Positions 30,002 through 41,712 are shown, counted from the first letter of the stretch. The stretch: DNA of 64,000 bases from an uncultured delta proteobacterium (GCA_963794325.1 CAWCDG010000006.1:32001-96000), one strand, 5' to 3'. Numbers and translations: made by a program. Notes: generated by a model not told the origin, from the sequence alone.

Positions 30002-31693
30002 ATGGCGAAAGCTGACGGCGGAGAATTAATCGCGCGCGTGATGCGCGAGAATCGTGTGAAATATTGTTTCGCGATCAACGGCGGGCATCTGTTTCCGATC
30101 CTCGGCCAGTTGCGCAATCACGACATCAAGCTCATCCACATGCGCCACGAGCAGGCTACCGCCTACGCGGCCGACGCCTATGCGCGCACCTCGGGCGAAG
30201 TCGGCGTATGCATGGTCACCGCGGGATGCGGCCTGACCAACGCGGTCACTGGACTCTGCGTCGCGGGACTGACCAACAGCGCCGTCGTCTGTATCTCGGG
30301 ACAGCATCCGAATACCGAGGATCATCTAGGATCGTTCCAGGAGGCCTACGGCTCCGAAGTGGTGGACAGTTTTTCGAAGTTCACCAAGCGCGTGACCGAC
30401 TGGTCCACGATTCAGTTCGATCTGCGATCCGCATTCCGCGAGGCAATCTCACCGCCGCAGGGTGTCGCGCTGTTCGAGATTCCGCAGAACATTCTCTATC
30501 ACCACGAAGAAGACTCGGGGCAGCGCAAGGGCGCGCGCGAGTTCACGATGGACGACGTTCGCTCGGCGGGTGATCCGTCGAAAATCGATCGCGCGCTCGA
30601 GATGCTGGTGGCGGCCGAGCGCCCGCTGATAGCCGGCGGCGACGGTCTGTTCTGGTCGCAAGCCGGCCCCGAGATGCGCGAGTTCGTCGAGCTGACCAAC
30701 ATCCCCATCTACGCGCGCCGCGCCGGCCAGGGTGTCGTGTCCGAAGAGCATCCGCTGGCGATTCGCGGCGCCTTTAAGAAGCCTTTTACCGGCGGCGCTG
30801 ACGTGGTGCTCGCAATCGGCTTCCGCTTCTGGAGCGGTGAGCATTTCGGGCAGCCCCCGACCTGGACCGATAAGGCCAAGTACATCCAGGTCGATCCGAC
30901 GCCGACTCGAATCGGATGGCAGGTTAACGCGGACTTGCCGATGGTCGGCGACCCGAAGATCGTGCTGCAACAGATGATCAAGCGGATCAAGGAGCTCAAG
31001 CTCGACTTCTCGAAGAACAAGGGCTCGGCCTGGACCAAGCAGGTCTGGGAAACGCGCCAGCGCTTCGACAATACGATCAAGGAACAGAACGCGAAGGTCT
31101 CGAAGAATCAGCCGATTCATCCGGCGCGCTTGTGCGAGGATCTGATCAAGGTGCTCGACAAAAACGCGACCACCGTCATCGACAGCTTCACGCTCTCCGG
31201 ATGGATGAGCCGCGCGTTCACCTGCCGCTTCATGGGCCAGGTCGTCGATGCGGGCCCGCTAGCTCCGGTCGGCCACGGGGTCGGCATGGGTATCGGCGCG
31301 CAGCTCGCGCGGCCGGGTCAGCAAGTCGTCGTGATCAGCGGCGACGGCGGCCTCGGAATCGGCGGATGGGACATGGAAACCGCCGCGCGCTACAAACTGC
31401 CGGTAATCACGGTGCTGTGGAACAACAGCTCATGGGGTCCGAACTTCGACCAGATGCCGGGACTGAAGGGCCGCACCGATCCGTTCAACATGCTGCCGAA
31501 CATCCGCTACGACAAAATTTTCGCCGAGATGGGATGTCATGGCGAGCAGGTCGAGACCAACGAGCAGATAGTTCCGGCGCTCGAGCGCGCGTTCAAGTCC
31601 GGCAAGCCCGCCCTGATCAACGTGATCGGCGACGTAGCAGTCGGCAACGCAACCCTGGGCGGCAACCTGCTAGGCTCGACGGGCTCGAACTAA
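30002..31693 (+). CDS. thiamine-pyrophosphate-dependent enzyme (acetolactate synthase/acyl-CoA lyase superfamily)
   Basis: MRHEQA, GDGG..WNN TPP motif; start placed at MAKADGG. Confidence 0.88.
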   Translation: MAKADGGELIARVMRENRVKYCFAINGGHLFPILGQLRNHDIKLIHMRHEQATAYAADAYARTSGEVGVCMVTAGCGLTNAVTGLCVAGLTNSAVVCISGQHPNTEDHLGSFQEAYGSEVVDSFSKFTKRVTDWSTIQFDLRSAFREAISPPQGVALFEIPQNILYHHEEDSGQRKGAREFTMDDVRSAGDPSKIDRALEMLVAAERPLIAGGDGLFWSQAGPEMREFVELTNIPIYARRAGQGVVSEEHPLAIRGAFKKPFTGGADVVLAIGFRFWSGEHFGQPPTWTDKAKYIQVDPTPTRIGWQVNADLPMVGDPKIVLQQMIKRIKELKLDFSKNKGSAWTKQVWETRQRFDNTIKEQNAKVSKNQPIHPARLCEDLIKVLDKNATTVIDSFTLSGWMSRAFTCRFMGQVVDAGPLAPVGHGVGMGIGAQLARPGQQVVVISGDGGLGIGGWDMETAARYKLPVITVLWNNSSWGPNFDQMPGLKGRTDPFNMLPNIRYDKIFAEMGCHGEQVETNEQIVPALERAFKSGKPALINVIGDVAVGNATLGGNLLGSTGSN

Positions 31694-31726
31694 GCGGCTC
31701 TGTCCGCGTCCGAAATTCTGATAATT

Positions 31727-31762
31727 CCCTCCCCCTCGTAGGGGGGAGGGTCAGGGTGGAGG
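31727..31762. repeat. REP-like palindromic repeat (family 2)
   Basis: CCCTCCCCC-TCGTAG-GGGGGAGGG hairpin plus TCAGGGTGGAGG tail. Confidence 0.7.
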
Positions 31763-31917
31763 ACCTCGCGCGGCGCAATTGTCTGTAGCGCCGCGGCACT
31801 CTGACGCGCGCGATTCCAGATGAGTGACAACTCTGTCTCATTGCGGGGAATTACCCACTTGTGTAGAATGACACATCGGCACCATACCCCGCGCACCGTA
31901 GAAATAGAGGCAACGTC

Positions 31918-32268
31918 ATGGCCATCAGGAATGCACCGATTTTGAGCGACAAATTCGAGCGGGTCGGTGAAACCGGATTCGATGAGCGCAAACGAGTCTC
32001 GCTTTCGAAAGTCGCGGACCGCCTCAACGATATCCTACGCCGGGTTTCCGGCACCGAGAAATCCAGCGAGTTGCGTTTCATCATCTACACCAACGATGTA
32101 GGCCAAATACTGCTGTCGCCTGAAATCGGCGTCCCGTTGCACGAGGCGTGGCTGTACAAAAACCCCGAAGCATTGGCCAGCGTTCGCAAAGGACTCCAGG
32201 ATGCGGCTGAAGGGAAGGTTCACAGTCTGGGATCGTTTGCTGAATTTGCCGACGACGAAATCGACTAG
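31918..32268 (+). CDS. putative antitoxin (AbrB-like N-terminus)
   Basis: DERKRVSL..EAWLYKNPEALASVRKGLQDA, acidic C-terminus, directly upstream of a RelE-like gene. Confidence 0.65.
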   Translation: MAIRNAPILSDKFERVGETGFDERKRVSLSKVADRLNDILRRVSGTEKSSELRFIIYTNDVGQILLSPEIGVPLHEAWLYKNPEALASVRKGLQDAAEGKVHSLGSFAEFADDEID

Positions 32269-32280
32269 CAGGCGAAAATT

Positions 32281-32580
32281 TTGGCTTCGTATAAGTTGGA
32301 GTTCTCGGATGAAGCCAAAGGTCAACTCGAACGGCTCTATGCGGAACCTGCTTTATCGAAACGTCTTAAGTCAGTTCGAAAGGCTCTCGGTTGTCTCGAA
32401 ATCAATCCTCGGCATCCGAGTCTTCAAACCCACAAGTTCCAGAGTCTGAAAGGACCACACCACGAGGAAGTGTTTGAGGCCTACGCTGAAAACCGGGTGC
32501 CTGCCGCGTATCGAATTTTTTGGTACTACGGTCCCACGCAAGGCAAGATTACCGTTGTTGCGATCACGCCACATCCATAG
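32281..32580 (+). CDS. RelE/ParE-superfamily toxin
   Basis: LEFSDEAKGQL, NPRHPSLQTHK, YRIFWYY, ITPHP. Confidence 0.7.
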   Translation: MASYKLEFSDEAKGQLERLYAEPALSKRLKSVRKALGCLEINPRHPSLQTHKFQSLKGPHHEEVFEAYAENRVPAAYRIFWYYGPTQGKITVVAITPHP

Positions 32581-32616
32581 ATACGAATTGCGATTGGTGT
32601 TCGCTTGCGAGCTTCC

Positions 32617-33069
32617 ATGAAAGCAAAGATCTCAGTGCTGATGCTCGTGGCAACGCTCGCTGCCTGCAAAACCGCGCCGCTTTGCCCTGCCGGCACCAAG
32701 CAGATGGGCGAGGGACCGCCTAACGGCTCCGAAGTCGCATGCGTCAAGACCGTCAACGGCCAGGACATCAAAGAAGGACCCTACGTACTCTACCGCGACG
32801 ACGGTTCGAAAATGATGGTCGGCGAATATCACGACGGCAAGCAGAGCGGCGAATGGACCATGTGGTACGACAACGGCCAGAAGAAATCGATCGACCATTA
32901 CAAGGAAGGCGTGCAGGACGGCGAGCACACCGGCTGGTACACCAACGGCAAAATCGCCGCGATCGGCATGTACAAGAACGGCAAGCGCGAAGGCGTCTGG
33001 AAGCGATGGGACCCCGAAGGATTCAAGAACTGGGAAGAGACCTATAAGGACGATCAGAAAGTCTCATGA
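32617..33069 (+). CDS. MORN-variant repeat (YwqK-like) lipoprotein
   Basis: LAAC lipobox; repeated GxWxxWYxNG units. Confidence 0.8.
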   Translation: MKAKISVLMLVATLAACKTAPLCPAGTKQMGEGPPNGSEVACVKTVNGQDIKEGPYVLYRDDGSKMMVGEYHDGKQSGEWTMWYDNGQKKSIDHYKEGVQDGEHTGWYTNGKIAAIGMYKNGKREGVWKRWDPEGFKNWEETYKDDQKVS

Positions 33070-33566
33070 CGGCTGACCGGCCGACCAACGTGAACATCCT
33101 CGACGCGGACCTGTCCCGCGCCGATCATCAGGAGGCGCTCGTCACGATGCTCGACGCCTACATGCGCGATCCTATGGAAGGCGGCGAGCCACCGTCCGAG
33201 CGCGTCAAACGTGACCTGGTGCCGGGCCTGCGCGCGCATCCGGCGTGCTACGTATTCCTCGCCTGGCGCGACGGTACTCCGGTCGGGTTCACGATCTGCT
33301 TCCTGGGATTTTCGACCTTCCTCGCGCACCCGCTCATCAACATCCACGATATCTTCGTCGATTCTTCAGTGCGCGGCCGCGGTATCGGCGCGATGCTGCT
33401 CGAACGAATCGAGGCCAAAGCGCGCGAGCTGAATTGCTGCCGGATCACGCTCGAAGTGCGCGAGGACAATCGCGTCGCACGCGGTCTCTATCGCAAAGTC
33501 GGTTTCGATCGCGTCATGGTGGGCGAGACGCGCATCCCGCTCGAGTTCTGGCACAAACCGCTATGA
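33066..33566 (+). CDS. GNAT family N-acetyltransferase
   Basis: INIHDIFV..RGRGIG..TLEVREDN..LYRKVGF. Confidence 0.9.
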   Translation: MTADRPTNVNILDADLSRADHQEALVTMLDAYMRDPMEGGEPPSERVKRDLVPGLRAHPACYVFLAWRDGTPVGFTICFLGFSTFLAHPLINIHDIFVDSSVRGRGIGAMLLERIEAKARELNCCRITLEVREDNRVARGLYRKVGFDRVMVGETRIPLEFWHKPL

Positions 33567-33571
33567 GTCAG

Positions 33572-33685
33572 TCAGGCTGAACGTCGCCGCACAACATTTT
33601 CGATCGTCTCGAGCAGCGTCTCTGGCTCAACCGGCTTGCGCGAAAGTTTATCGGCCTTGATTGGCTTGCTGATTTCACCGACCAC
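33572..33685 (-). pseudogene. C-terminal remnant of a response-regulator receiver domain
   Basis: VVGEISKPIKADKLSRKPVEPETLLETIENVVRRRSA* resembles the receiver KP..L end; no N-terminus. Confidence 0.45.
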
Positions 33686-33734
33686 CGAAAAATGCGAGGG
33701 ATCCCTAAACGGAATCCCTCGCTTCGATTTCAGA

Positions 33735-34178
33735 TTATTGCTTCATGGCTGCGGCCATCCGCTTCTGCATCTCGTCGGGAGTCGGATCCTCTTTGTGCGT
33801 GGCCAGCGACCAGGTATTTCCGAACGAGTCCTGCACAGTCGCCATCCGGTCGCCCCAGAACTGATCGGTCGGTTGACTCACCGATTTGGCGCCCGCGCCG
33901 GTCGCGCGCTTGTACATCGAGTCCACGTCACTGACGTACACGTAAAATGAACTGGTCGTAGGACTGCCCTGCGTGTGCTCACTGAGCATCAACCGCGAAT
34001 TGCCGATGCTCACCTCGGCATGCATCACGGTGCCGTCCGGACCCGGCATTCGCATGACCTCCTCGGCGCCCAACGCCGATTTAAGGAAATCGATCATCTT
34101 CGCGACACCCTTCACGTTAATGAACGGAGTGACGGTATGGTACCCGTCGGGAATCGGTTTGACTGCTTTGCTCGCCAT
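33735..34178 (-). CDS. VOC family (PhnB-like) protein
   Basis: PIPDGYHTVTP, HAEVSIG, DQFWGDR..DSFGNTW. Confidence 0.9.
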   Translation of the reverse strand: MASKAVKPIPDGYHTVTPFINVKGVAKMIDFLKSALGAEEVMRMPGPDGTVMHAEVSIGNSRLMLSEHTQGSPTTSSFYVYVSDVDSMYKRATGAGAKSVSQPTDQFWGDRMATVQDSFGNTWSLATHKEDPTPDEMQKRMAAAMKQ

Positions 34179-34301
34179 GACGATTACTCCTCTCGCGATT
34201 TTGAGTTAGAGAAAATTGCTCAGCACCTCGAGCGAGGATCGATCCTCAAATATCGCTGATGCATTTCGAGCGCAACCGGAGCGCAGAGTGTGTTTTATCT
34301 T

Positions 34302-34528
34302 GTTCCCCTTCCCGCTCGGGAAGGGGTTGGGGTTAGGTATTCTGACTCAACCGCCATGCCTGTTACACCAAGTCGCAAAGTTACTCGTGGCGGGCGGGGG
34401 TTCGGGTCCTCAGAATTCCGAACGACGGGATGCTCGATGTTGAAGCAGCAGTCGATTACATCAGGGAGGCGCTGGGACGAAAGCAACCTAACCCCTAACC
34501 CCTTCCCATAGTGGGAAGGGGAACCGGA
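34302..34528. mobile_element. inverted pair of family-1 REP-like repeats enclosing a DUF559-like endonuclease remnant
   Basis: Repeats at 34302-34338 and 34486-34528 are inverted; between them 34397-34498 reads GVRVLRIPNDGMLDVEAAVDYIREALGRKQPNP*. Confidence 0.6.
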
Positions 34529-34545
34529 TAGATCGCACCGCCAAT

Positions 34546-35566
34546 TTACAGCGTTCGGCCGACCGCTTCCGCAAGCGGCTTCAGCGTCTTCATCAGATCG
34601 GCGAAGCGCGATGGCTTCAACTGCTGGGGGCCGTCGGATAGCGCGGTCTCCGGCTTCGGATGCACTTCGATGAGCAGGCCGTCGGCGCCCGCTGCGATCG
34701 CCGCCAAGCGCCATCGGGGCAACCATCTTGTAGATTCCCGTGCCGTGGCTCGGATCGACCAGCACCGGCAGATGGGTCCATTCCTTGAGCAGCGGCACCG
34801 CGTTCAGATCGAGCGTGTTGCGCGTCGCCGTTTCGAAGGTGCGAATCCCGCGCTCGCACAGCACGACGTTGGGATTGCCCTCCGACAGAATGTACTCCGC
34901 CGCCATCATGAACTCTTCGAGCTTCATCGACATGCCACGCTTGAGCAGCACCGGCTTCTTGATTCTTCCGAGCCGCCGTAGCAACGAGAAGTTCTGCGCA
35001 TTGCGCGCGCCGACTTGCAGCATGTCGGAATGCTCGGCGACCGCGTCGATATCGTGCGGATCCATGATTTCGGTGACCACCGGCAATCCGACGCGACGGC
35101 CGGCATGTTCGAGCAATACGAGCCCCTCGTTTTCCATTCCCTGGAATGAGTACGGCGACGTGCGCGGCTTGAACGCCCCACCGCGCAGCGCATGAGCGCC
35201 CGCTGCTTTGACCGCGTCGGCCGCAGCCTCGATTTGCGCCTCGCTTTCGATCGCGCACGGTCCCGCGATCACCGCGATTCGCTTGCCACCGATTTCCATG
35301 CCGCCAACTTTGATCCGCGATCCTTCGGGCCGCACTTCGCGCGACGCCAGCTTGAACGACCGCACCACCGGCATCACGCGCTCGACACCCGCCACCGATT
35401 CGAGATGCGTCAGTTGATGCTTCTCGCCGCGCTCGTCGCCCACGCAGGCGACCACGGTGCGCTCGACGCCGCGGATAATGTGCGCGTTGTAATCGAGATC
35501 CTCGACCATTTTAGCTACGGCCTGAATCTCGGCTTCGGTGGCATGCGCTTTCATTACGACGATCAA
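34546..35566 (-). CDS. aroF: DAHP synthase (type I-beta, N-terminal regulatory domain), +1 frameshift near 34707
   Basis: IAGPCAIE, GGAFKPRTSPYSFQG, LLKRG, CERGIRTF, DPSHGTG; AAGADGLLIEVHP continues in a shifted frame to TAA at 34546. Confidence 0.9.
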
Positions 35567-35693
35567 TTTAAGAAAACCTCCAGTAGGCTGCTCTGCTCCT
35601 TGCGATGGAATGGGTGAGCGAAGTCTAGTAATCCTTGACTCTACAGCATGTCTTCATCGACCGGAATCGACTGCATACGAGAGGGATCAGGCT

Positions 35694-36044
35694 TTGATTG
35701 AGTCGTCATGCACCTGCGGAGCGGTTCGCCTTCAGATCGCCAGTCCCCCGACCGAGCTGACGGATTGCAACTGCTCTATCTGCCGGCGCTACCATGCGCT
35801 CTGGGCGTACTACTCGCTCAAGGATGTGACCGTTCCAAGCGGACTGACCGATACGTATATGCGAGACCCGAAAAAGCTCGAATTCCACCGCTGCAAAATT
35901 TGCGGATGCGTCACTCATTGGGCGCCGTTGGACAAGACGCGGGACCGCATGGGAGTGAATGCGCGTCTCATGTTGCCGGAGATTCTATTCCAGGTTCGGG
36001 TGCGCCATCTCGACGGCGCGGACACCTGGAAGTTTCTAGACTAG
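35694..36044 (+). CDS. GFA (CENP-V-like) Zn-binding protein
   Basis: SCTCGAVR, CNCSICRR, HRCKICGC. Confidence 0.85.
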   Translation: MIESSCTCGAVRLQIASPPTELTDCNCSICRRYHALWAYYSLKDVTVPSGLTDTYMRDPKKLEFHRCKICGCVTHWAPLDKTRDRMGVNARLMLPEILFQVRVRHLDGADTWKFLD

Positions 36045-36047
36045 TGA

Positions 36048-36827
36048 TTGAAGGACGTAATTTTGCCAGCTAAGCTGCCTCATCGCCCCCTCAGGCTCAT
36101 TCATACTTCCGACGTTCATCTCGAGACCGACACGTTCGGATCCGGCGAACGCGGCATCGAGTTGCGCGACAAGGTCCGCACTGCCTTCAGCCGCGTCATC
36201 GATATAGCCAACGAGCGCGCGGCCGACATGCTGCTGATAGTGGGCGACCTCTTCGATTCGGCGCGCGTCACTGAAGAGGGCCTCGCCTTCGCGATGGGCG
36301 CGATAGCGCGGGCGCAGATGCCGGTCGTGATGATTCCCGGAAACCATGACGCGCACGACGAGCGATCGATCTACGCAGGCCTCGCGCCCGGCGTGTTACC
36401 CAGGAATCTGCACCTGATTCTCGAGCCCGAGGGTCGAACGATCGCTTTTCCCGATCTGGCGGCTCGTGTATGGGGCCGCGCGCTGGTCGAGCACACTCCG
36501 GACTACCGCCCGATGAGCGGCGTGCCGGAGCCTGAGGAAGGTCGCTGGAACATCGCGCTCGCCCACGGATTTTTCATGGAGGAAGGCGAGATCGAGCGAT
36601 CGTCGCCGATCACGCCCGCCGATATCGAGCGCTCGCGGTACGACTACGTCGCGCTGGGCCACGTGCACGTGCTGAGCGACGTGTCGCAAGGCGCGACGCG
36701 CGCATTTTATTGCGGCACCCCGGCGCCGCTCTATTCGAGCGAAAATTCGGGATGGGTGCTCTGGGTGAATTGCGTACCCGGCCAGCCCCTCTTAATCGAA
36801 CGCCTGATGGTTGCGCAGGAACGTTAA
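36048..36827 (+). CDS. metallophosphoesterase (SbcD/Mre11-like nuclease domain)
   Basis: HTSDVH, GDLFD, GNHD, AHG, ALGHVH. Confidence 0.85.
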   Translation: MKDVILPAKLPHRPLRLIHTSDVHLETDTFGSGERGIELRDKVRTAFSRVIDIANERAADMLLIVGDLFDSARVTEEGLAFAMGAIARAQMPVVMIPGNHDAHDERSIYAGLAPGVLPRNLHLILEPEGRTIAFPDLAARVWGRALVEHTPDYRPMSGVPEPEEGRWNIALAHGFFMEEGEIERSSPITPADIERSRYDYVALGHVHVLSDVSQGATRAFYCGTPAPLYSSENSGWVLWVNCVPGQPLLIERLMVAQER

Positions 36828-36849
36828 ATAAAATGGCCGGTTACTTATT

Positions 36850-37266
36850 TCAGCGCCCGGAAGCCGCCTCGTCGCGACGCCTGAGCTCAGGATACAACTC
36901 CGACAGCCGTCGCCACATCCGCTCCAGCCCGTAGCTGTCGAAAGGCTCGACAATACATTCGAGCGCACCCTCTTTCAGATAAACTCGATTGTCTTCGGGC
37001 GCCTGCGACGCGCTGACGATCACAACCGACGTCTCCGGCGACTCGCGACGAATCATCCGGAACAGCGACAACGCGTCGAGCCCGCTCGCACTGCGCAACC
37101 CGGCGTCGAGCGTGATCACGTCGGGACTGCAAGTTCGGAACAGGTCGATTGTTTGCGTAACCGTCTCGGTTTCCGCCACCACCTGACATCCCCCGCATTC
37201 GAGATGATTGCGCATGATGTCGCGGGAAATCCCCGAGCTATCCGCAATGAGCACTCGTACTGCCAT
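36850..37266 (-). CDS. single-domain response regulator (atypical CheY-like)
   Basis: RVLIADSS, PDVITLD, VSA; IVEPF in place of KPF. Confidence 0.8.
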   Translation of the reverse strand: MAVRVLIADSSGISRDIMRNHLECGGCQVVAETETVTQTIDLFRTCSPDVITLDAGLRSASGLDALSLFRMIRRESPETSVVIVSASQAPEDNRVYLKEGALECIVEPFDSYGLERMWRRLSELYPELRRRDEAASGR

Positions 37267-37343
37267 CAGCGGCTCCTCCATGGACGAGCACTGCGCCAGC
37301 CCAGTCCCCAAGGCGTCACAGCTGCAATCCGGTTGACCTATTT

Positions 37344-37360
37344 AGCAAGGGCGGGGCCAA
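37344..37360 (-). promoter_or_regulatory. putative sigma-54 promoter
   Basis: TTGGC-CCCGCCC-TTGCT with -24/-12 spacing upstream of the receiver gene. Confidence 0.45.
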
Positions 37361-37600
37361 GCGATGTGGGCGTCGAGCGCGTGCGTCCGACTCTGGGCGG
37401 ACTAGCCAAATGCGGTTCGCGGTCACTTATTTGACTATTTGGGCGCGATCCGATCCGCCGCCTTCTGATCGCTATTCACGATCACCGTTGCACGCAAGTG
37501 ATTTGTAGCATCGCGGTGACATCGTTCAGCGCTCTAATCCCTCGCCCGCTACTTCACTGAAGAGGTTGGGTGCGAGTTCTGGCTTCGGTCACGAACCGCC

Positions 37601-37637
37601 AAAAAACAGCGGCGGAGCCTCGATGGCCCCGCCGCTA
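37601..37637 (-). terminator. groL intrinsic terminator
   Basis: AGCGGCGGGGCC/GGCTCCGCCGCT stem followed by GT6 on the minus strand. Confidence 0.85.
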
Positions 37638-37664
37638 CTATCAGTCTCAGATTTGTTCCTCAGG

Positions 37665-39332
<1,668 letters not shown>

Positions 39333-39375
39333 TCAGTGATTGAAGCTTGAACTTGTGATGAGCCAGCGCGAATGG

Positions 39376-39666
39376 CTACTCGATGATTCCCAGGATGTCG
39401 TCCTCGCGCAGGATCAACAGGTCTTCGCCCTCGAGCTTGAACTCGCTGCCCGAATATTTGCCGAATAGAATTTTGTCCCCAGCCTTAACTTCGACCGGGA
39501 TGAGCTTGCCGTGGTCGTCGTACTTGCCTTTGCCGACGGCGACGATTTTACCTTCCTGCGGCTTTTCCTTGGCGGTATCCGGGATGATGATCCCACCTTT
39601 GGTCCGCTCTTCTTCCTTGACGCGCTTGACGAGAATTCGATCTCCCAGTGGCCTTAATCCTTTCAT
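39376..39666 (-). CDS. groES: co-chaperonin GroES
   Basis: [21 protein letters not shown]. Confidence 0.98.
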   Translation of the reverse strand: MKGLRPLGDRILVKRVKEEERTKGGIIIPDTAKEKPQEGKIVAVGKGKYDDHGKLIPVEVKAGDKILFGKYSGSEFKLEGEDLLILREDDILGIIE

Positions 39667-39760
39667 TGGGAACCAGCAGCCTCCTTGGCTTACGAAAAAT
39701 TGTTGCTAGACGGGACGATTCCCGCCGTCGGAAAGCTAATTACTATCCGGGTTTTGTCAA

Positions 39761-39787
39761 TTGGCACTCGGAACGTCTGAGTGCTAA
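39761..39787. promoter_or_regulatory. CIRCE element (HrcA operator)
   Basis: TTGGCACTC-N9-GAGTGCTAA upstream of groES. Confidence 0.92.
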
Positions 39788-39878
39788 CGACATCTTAGCG
39801 GGAAATTGAAGAATTGCAAGTCCTGTGGATAAGGCTGTGGATGGGCTCTGATCGCGGATCAAAGAATCAAACATTTTT

Positions 39879-39911
39879 GGTTCCCCTTCCCATAGTGGGA
39901 AGGGGGACCGG
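39879..39911. repeat. family-1 REP-like repeat (hairpin core only)
   Basis: TCCCCTTCCCA-TAG-TGGGAAGGGGA. Confidence 0.8.
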
Positions 39912-39917
39912 AAAAAA

Positions 39918-41076
39918 TTAAGGCAGCGAGCCGCGCTCGGTTGCTCGAATTCCATACGGGCCGAATACCGACTGTCGGTATTCGTCGTCGCGCGAGGCTC
40001 GTAGCAACGCGTCGCGGTCGCGCAGGATTCGCAGTTGCGCGCGGACGTAGTCGACCTGGCGATCGACCTCATGCCTGCGGCCTTCCACGTACAGCGAGAA
40101 TGCGCTCGCGGACAAGTCACCGCTGCGCAAAGCGTTGTCGGCAGCGACGGCTGCGAGGCGCCCGGTCCGGAGCGCGAATTCGTTGCCCTGACCGGTTATC
40201 GGCGAGAGATATCCCGCCGCGTCTCCCACCAGCAGGATACGGTCGCGTGCGACGGCGCTGACGCGATATCCCAGCGGCGCCATCGACCATTGCCGGCCGA
40301 CTCGCGGCTCGCGCATGACGCGCTCGTAGAGCCATCGATCATGATTCTTTGCGACTGATTCGTAAAATTCGATCGCGCCCAGACGGTCGCTCTGTTTCTC
40401 CGCGAGATCCGCTTCGAGAATGTACCGATAGAGCCCCGAGTCGAATCCGCGAGCCGCTGATCATCGCGCCGCGCTCGCCGTAGAGATGACGATCCCAGGT
40501 ATGAAGCGGCGTGCCGTCGAAGGACTTGAAGAAAACTGCTACGCCGATCTGCGAGAACTCAGGATCCTCGGACTTGAGATTCAGCGCGCGCAGCGACGGC
40601 GCGTAGCGGCCGCCCGCATCGATCAACATGCGTGCCGAGTACCGCTTGAAGTCGGCCGTGATTGCGATTGCAGCGTCAGCTCGAAACTCCAGAGCGGTGA
40701 CTCGAGCGTTCCAGACGAGGCGCCCGCCAACTTCGACCAGCTTGCGGCGCAATGCGGCGTTGAATCCGCCGCGATCCACCTGCACGGGACTGACCGGCGT
40801 CGCAATCGGATGATAGGTCCACGACAGATCGGGATAGACATTACGAAAGCCGGTGATGCGGTCGAGGACCCAGTCACCTTCGAACTTGACGCCGAGCTGC
40901 GCGCATTCGTTCTGCGTCGGCACGACCATCACTTCGCCCGACGTGATATCCTCGCCGTCTTCGCGCTCCTTGCGCTCGAGCGCGAGCACGTCGTATCCGG
41001 CAGCGCTCAGCCTGATCGCAGAAGCACACCCGGCCGGTCCGGCTCCAATTACGATTACGTCAGCGTCGAGATGCAT
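39918..41076 (-). CDS. FAD-dependent oxidoreductase (geranylgeranyl reductase/halogenase-like), +1 frameshift near 40435
   Basis: VIGAGPAG, VDRGGF, IDAGG in the first frame; LVGDAAGYLSPITGQG in the second; span is 3n+1. Confidence 0.82.
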
Positions 41077-41138
41077 GATGGTTCACCGGCTGGGATCAAG
41101 AGCACGGTGCGGGACAAGGCACAAGCGCCGCGTGGTTA

Positions 41139-41459
41139 CTAAAAAGAAATCGGATGCCCGAGTTGCTCGGATATCGTCTCCGCCAGCCGCGGGAATAATT
41201 CGTGGCCGTCCTTGTCGTCGATCCAGAGACCGCGCGCCGGGTCCCAAGTGTAATGGAATCCGTGCGAGCCGGCGGCGAGCCACATCTGTTTCATCTGCGA
41301 TTGGCGCGACAGGATAAACTTCGCGCCGTCTGCGAACTCGATCGTCACGACGCCGTCGGCGGTGGTGTAATCCACTTCGTCAGGATCGAGGTCCTCGAGC
41401 CACTTCGCGACCTTGCTCAAGGCGGCATCGGAGCGTTCGCGAAATTCGTTATCGTCCAT
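41139..41459 (-). CDS. cyaY: iron donor protein CyaY (frataxin)
   Basis: DGVVTIEF, ILSRQSQMKQMWLA, GFHY. Confidence 0.9.
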   Translation of the reverse strand: MDDNEFRERSDAALSKVAKWLEDLDPDEVDYTTADGVVTIEFADGAKFILSRQSQMKQMWLAAGSHGFHYTWDPARGLWIDDKDGHELFPRLAETISEQLGHPISF

Positions 41460-41485
41460 GGACGGGGATTGTATCAACGCGAGGA

Positions 41486-41593
41486 ACCTAACCCCTAACC
41501 CCTTCCCGCGCGGGAAGGGGAACCAGAAGGGTTTCGTTGGAAGCGCGCCGTCCTATCCCCCTCGCCCCCTTTCCGATGCGGAAAGGGGGAACA
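41486..41593. repeat. family-1 REP-like repeat plus degenerate tandem copy
   Basis: ACCTAACCCCTAACCCCTTCCCGCGCGGGAAGGGGAACC, then CCCCCTTTCCG-ATG-CGGAAAGGGGG. Confidence 0.8.
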
Positions 41594-41685
41594 GATCAGA
41601 AAATTCACAGGAGTGTCATCACACCCTGTCCCCCTCAAGAACCTCAGAGCGAAAGGTCGTCCTCGACATTTCGCGATTTCTTATC

Positions 41686-41712
41686 ACTGGGTGCAGGGGT
41701 CACCCCTGCCGC
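41686..41712. repeat. family-3 repeat (partial)
   Basis: TGGGTGCAGGGGTCACCCCTGCCGC, as at 51286 and 63945. Confidence 0.8.

Noticed and set aside
32617-33069. YwqK-like protein as a third TA component
   Set aside because: It is a MORN-repeat lipoprotein with host-like codon usage, coupled to the GNAT gene.
34295-34706. Extended C-terminus of the 423-aa aroF ORF
   Set aside because: Frameshift read-through into the repeat region; the real C-terminus ends at 34546.
39824-39844. DnaA box TGTGGATAA plus a degenerate neighbour, as a possible oriC
   Set aside because: Only one perfect box, no box cluster and no dnaA/dnaN nearby; at most a regulatory site.
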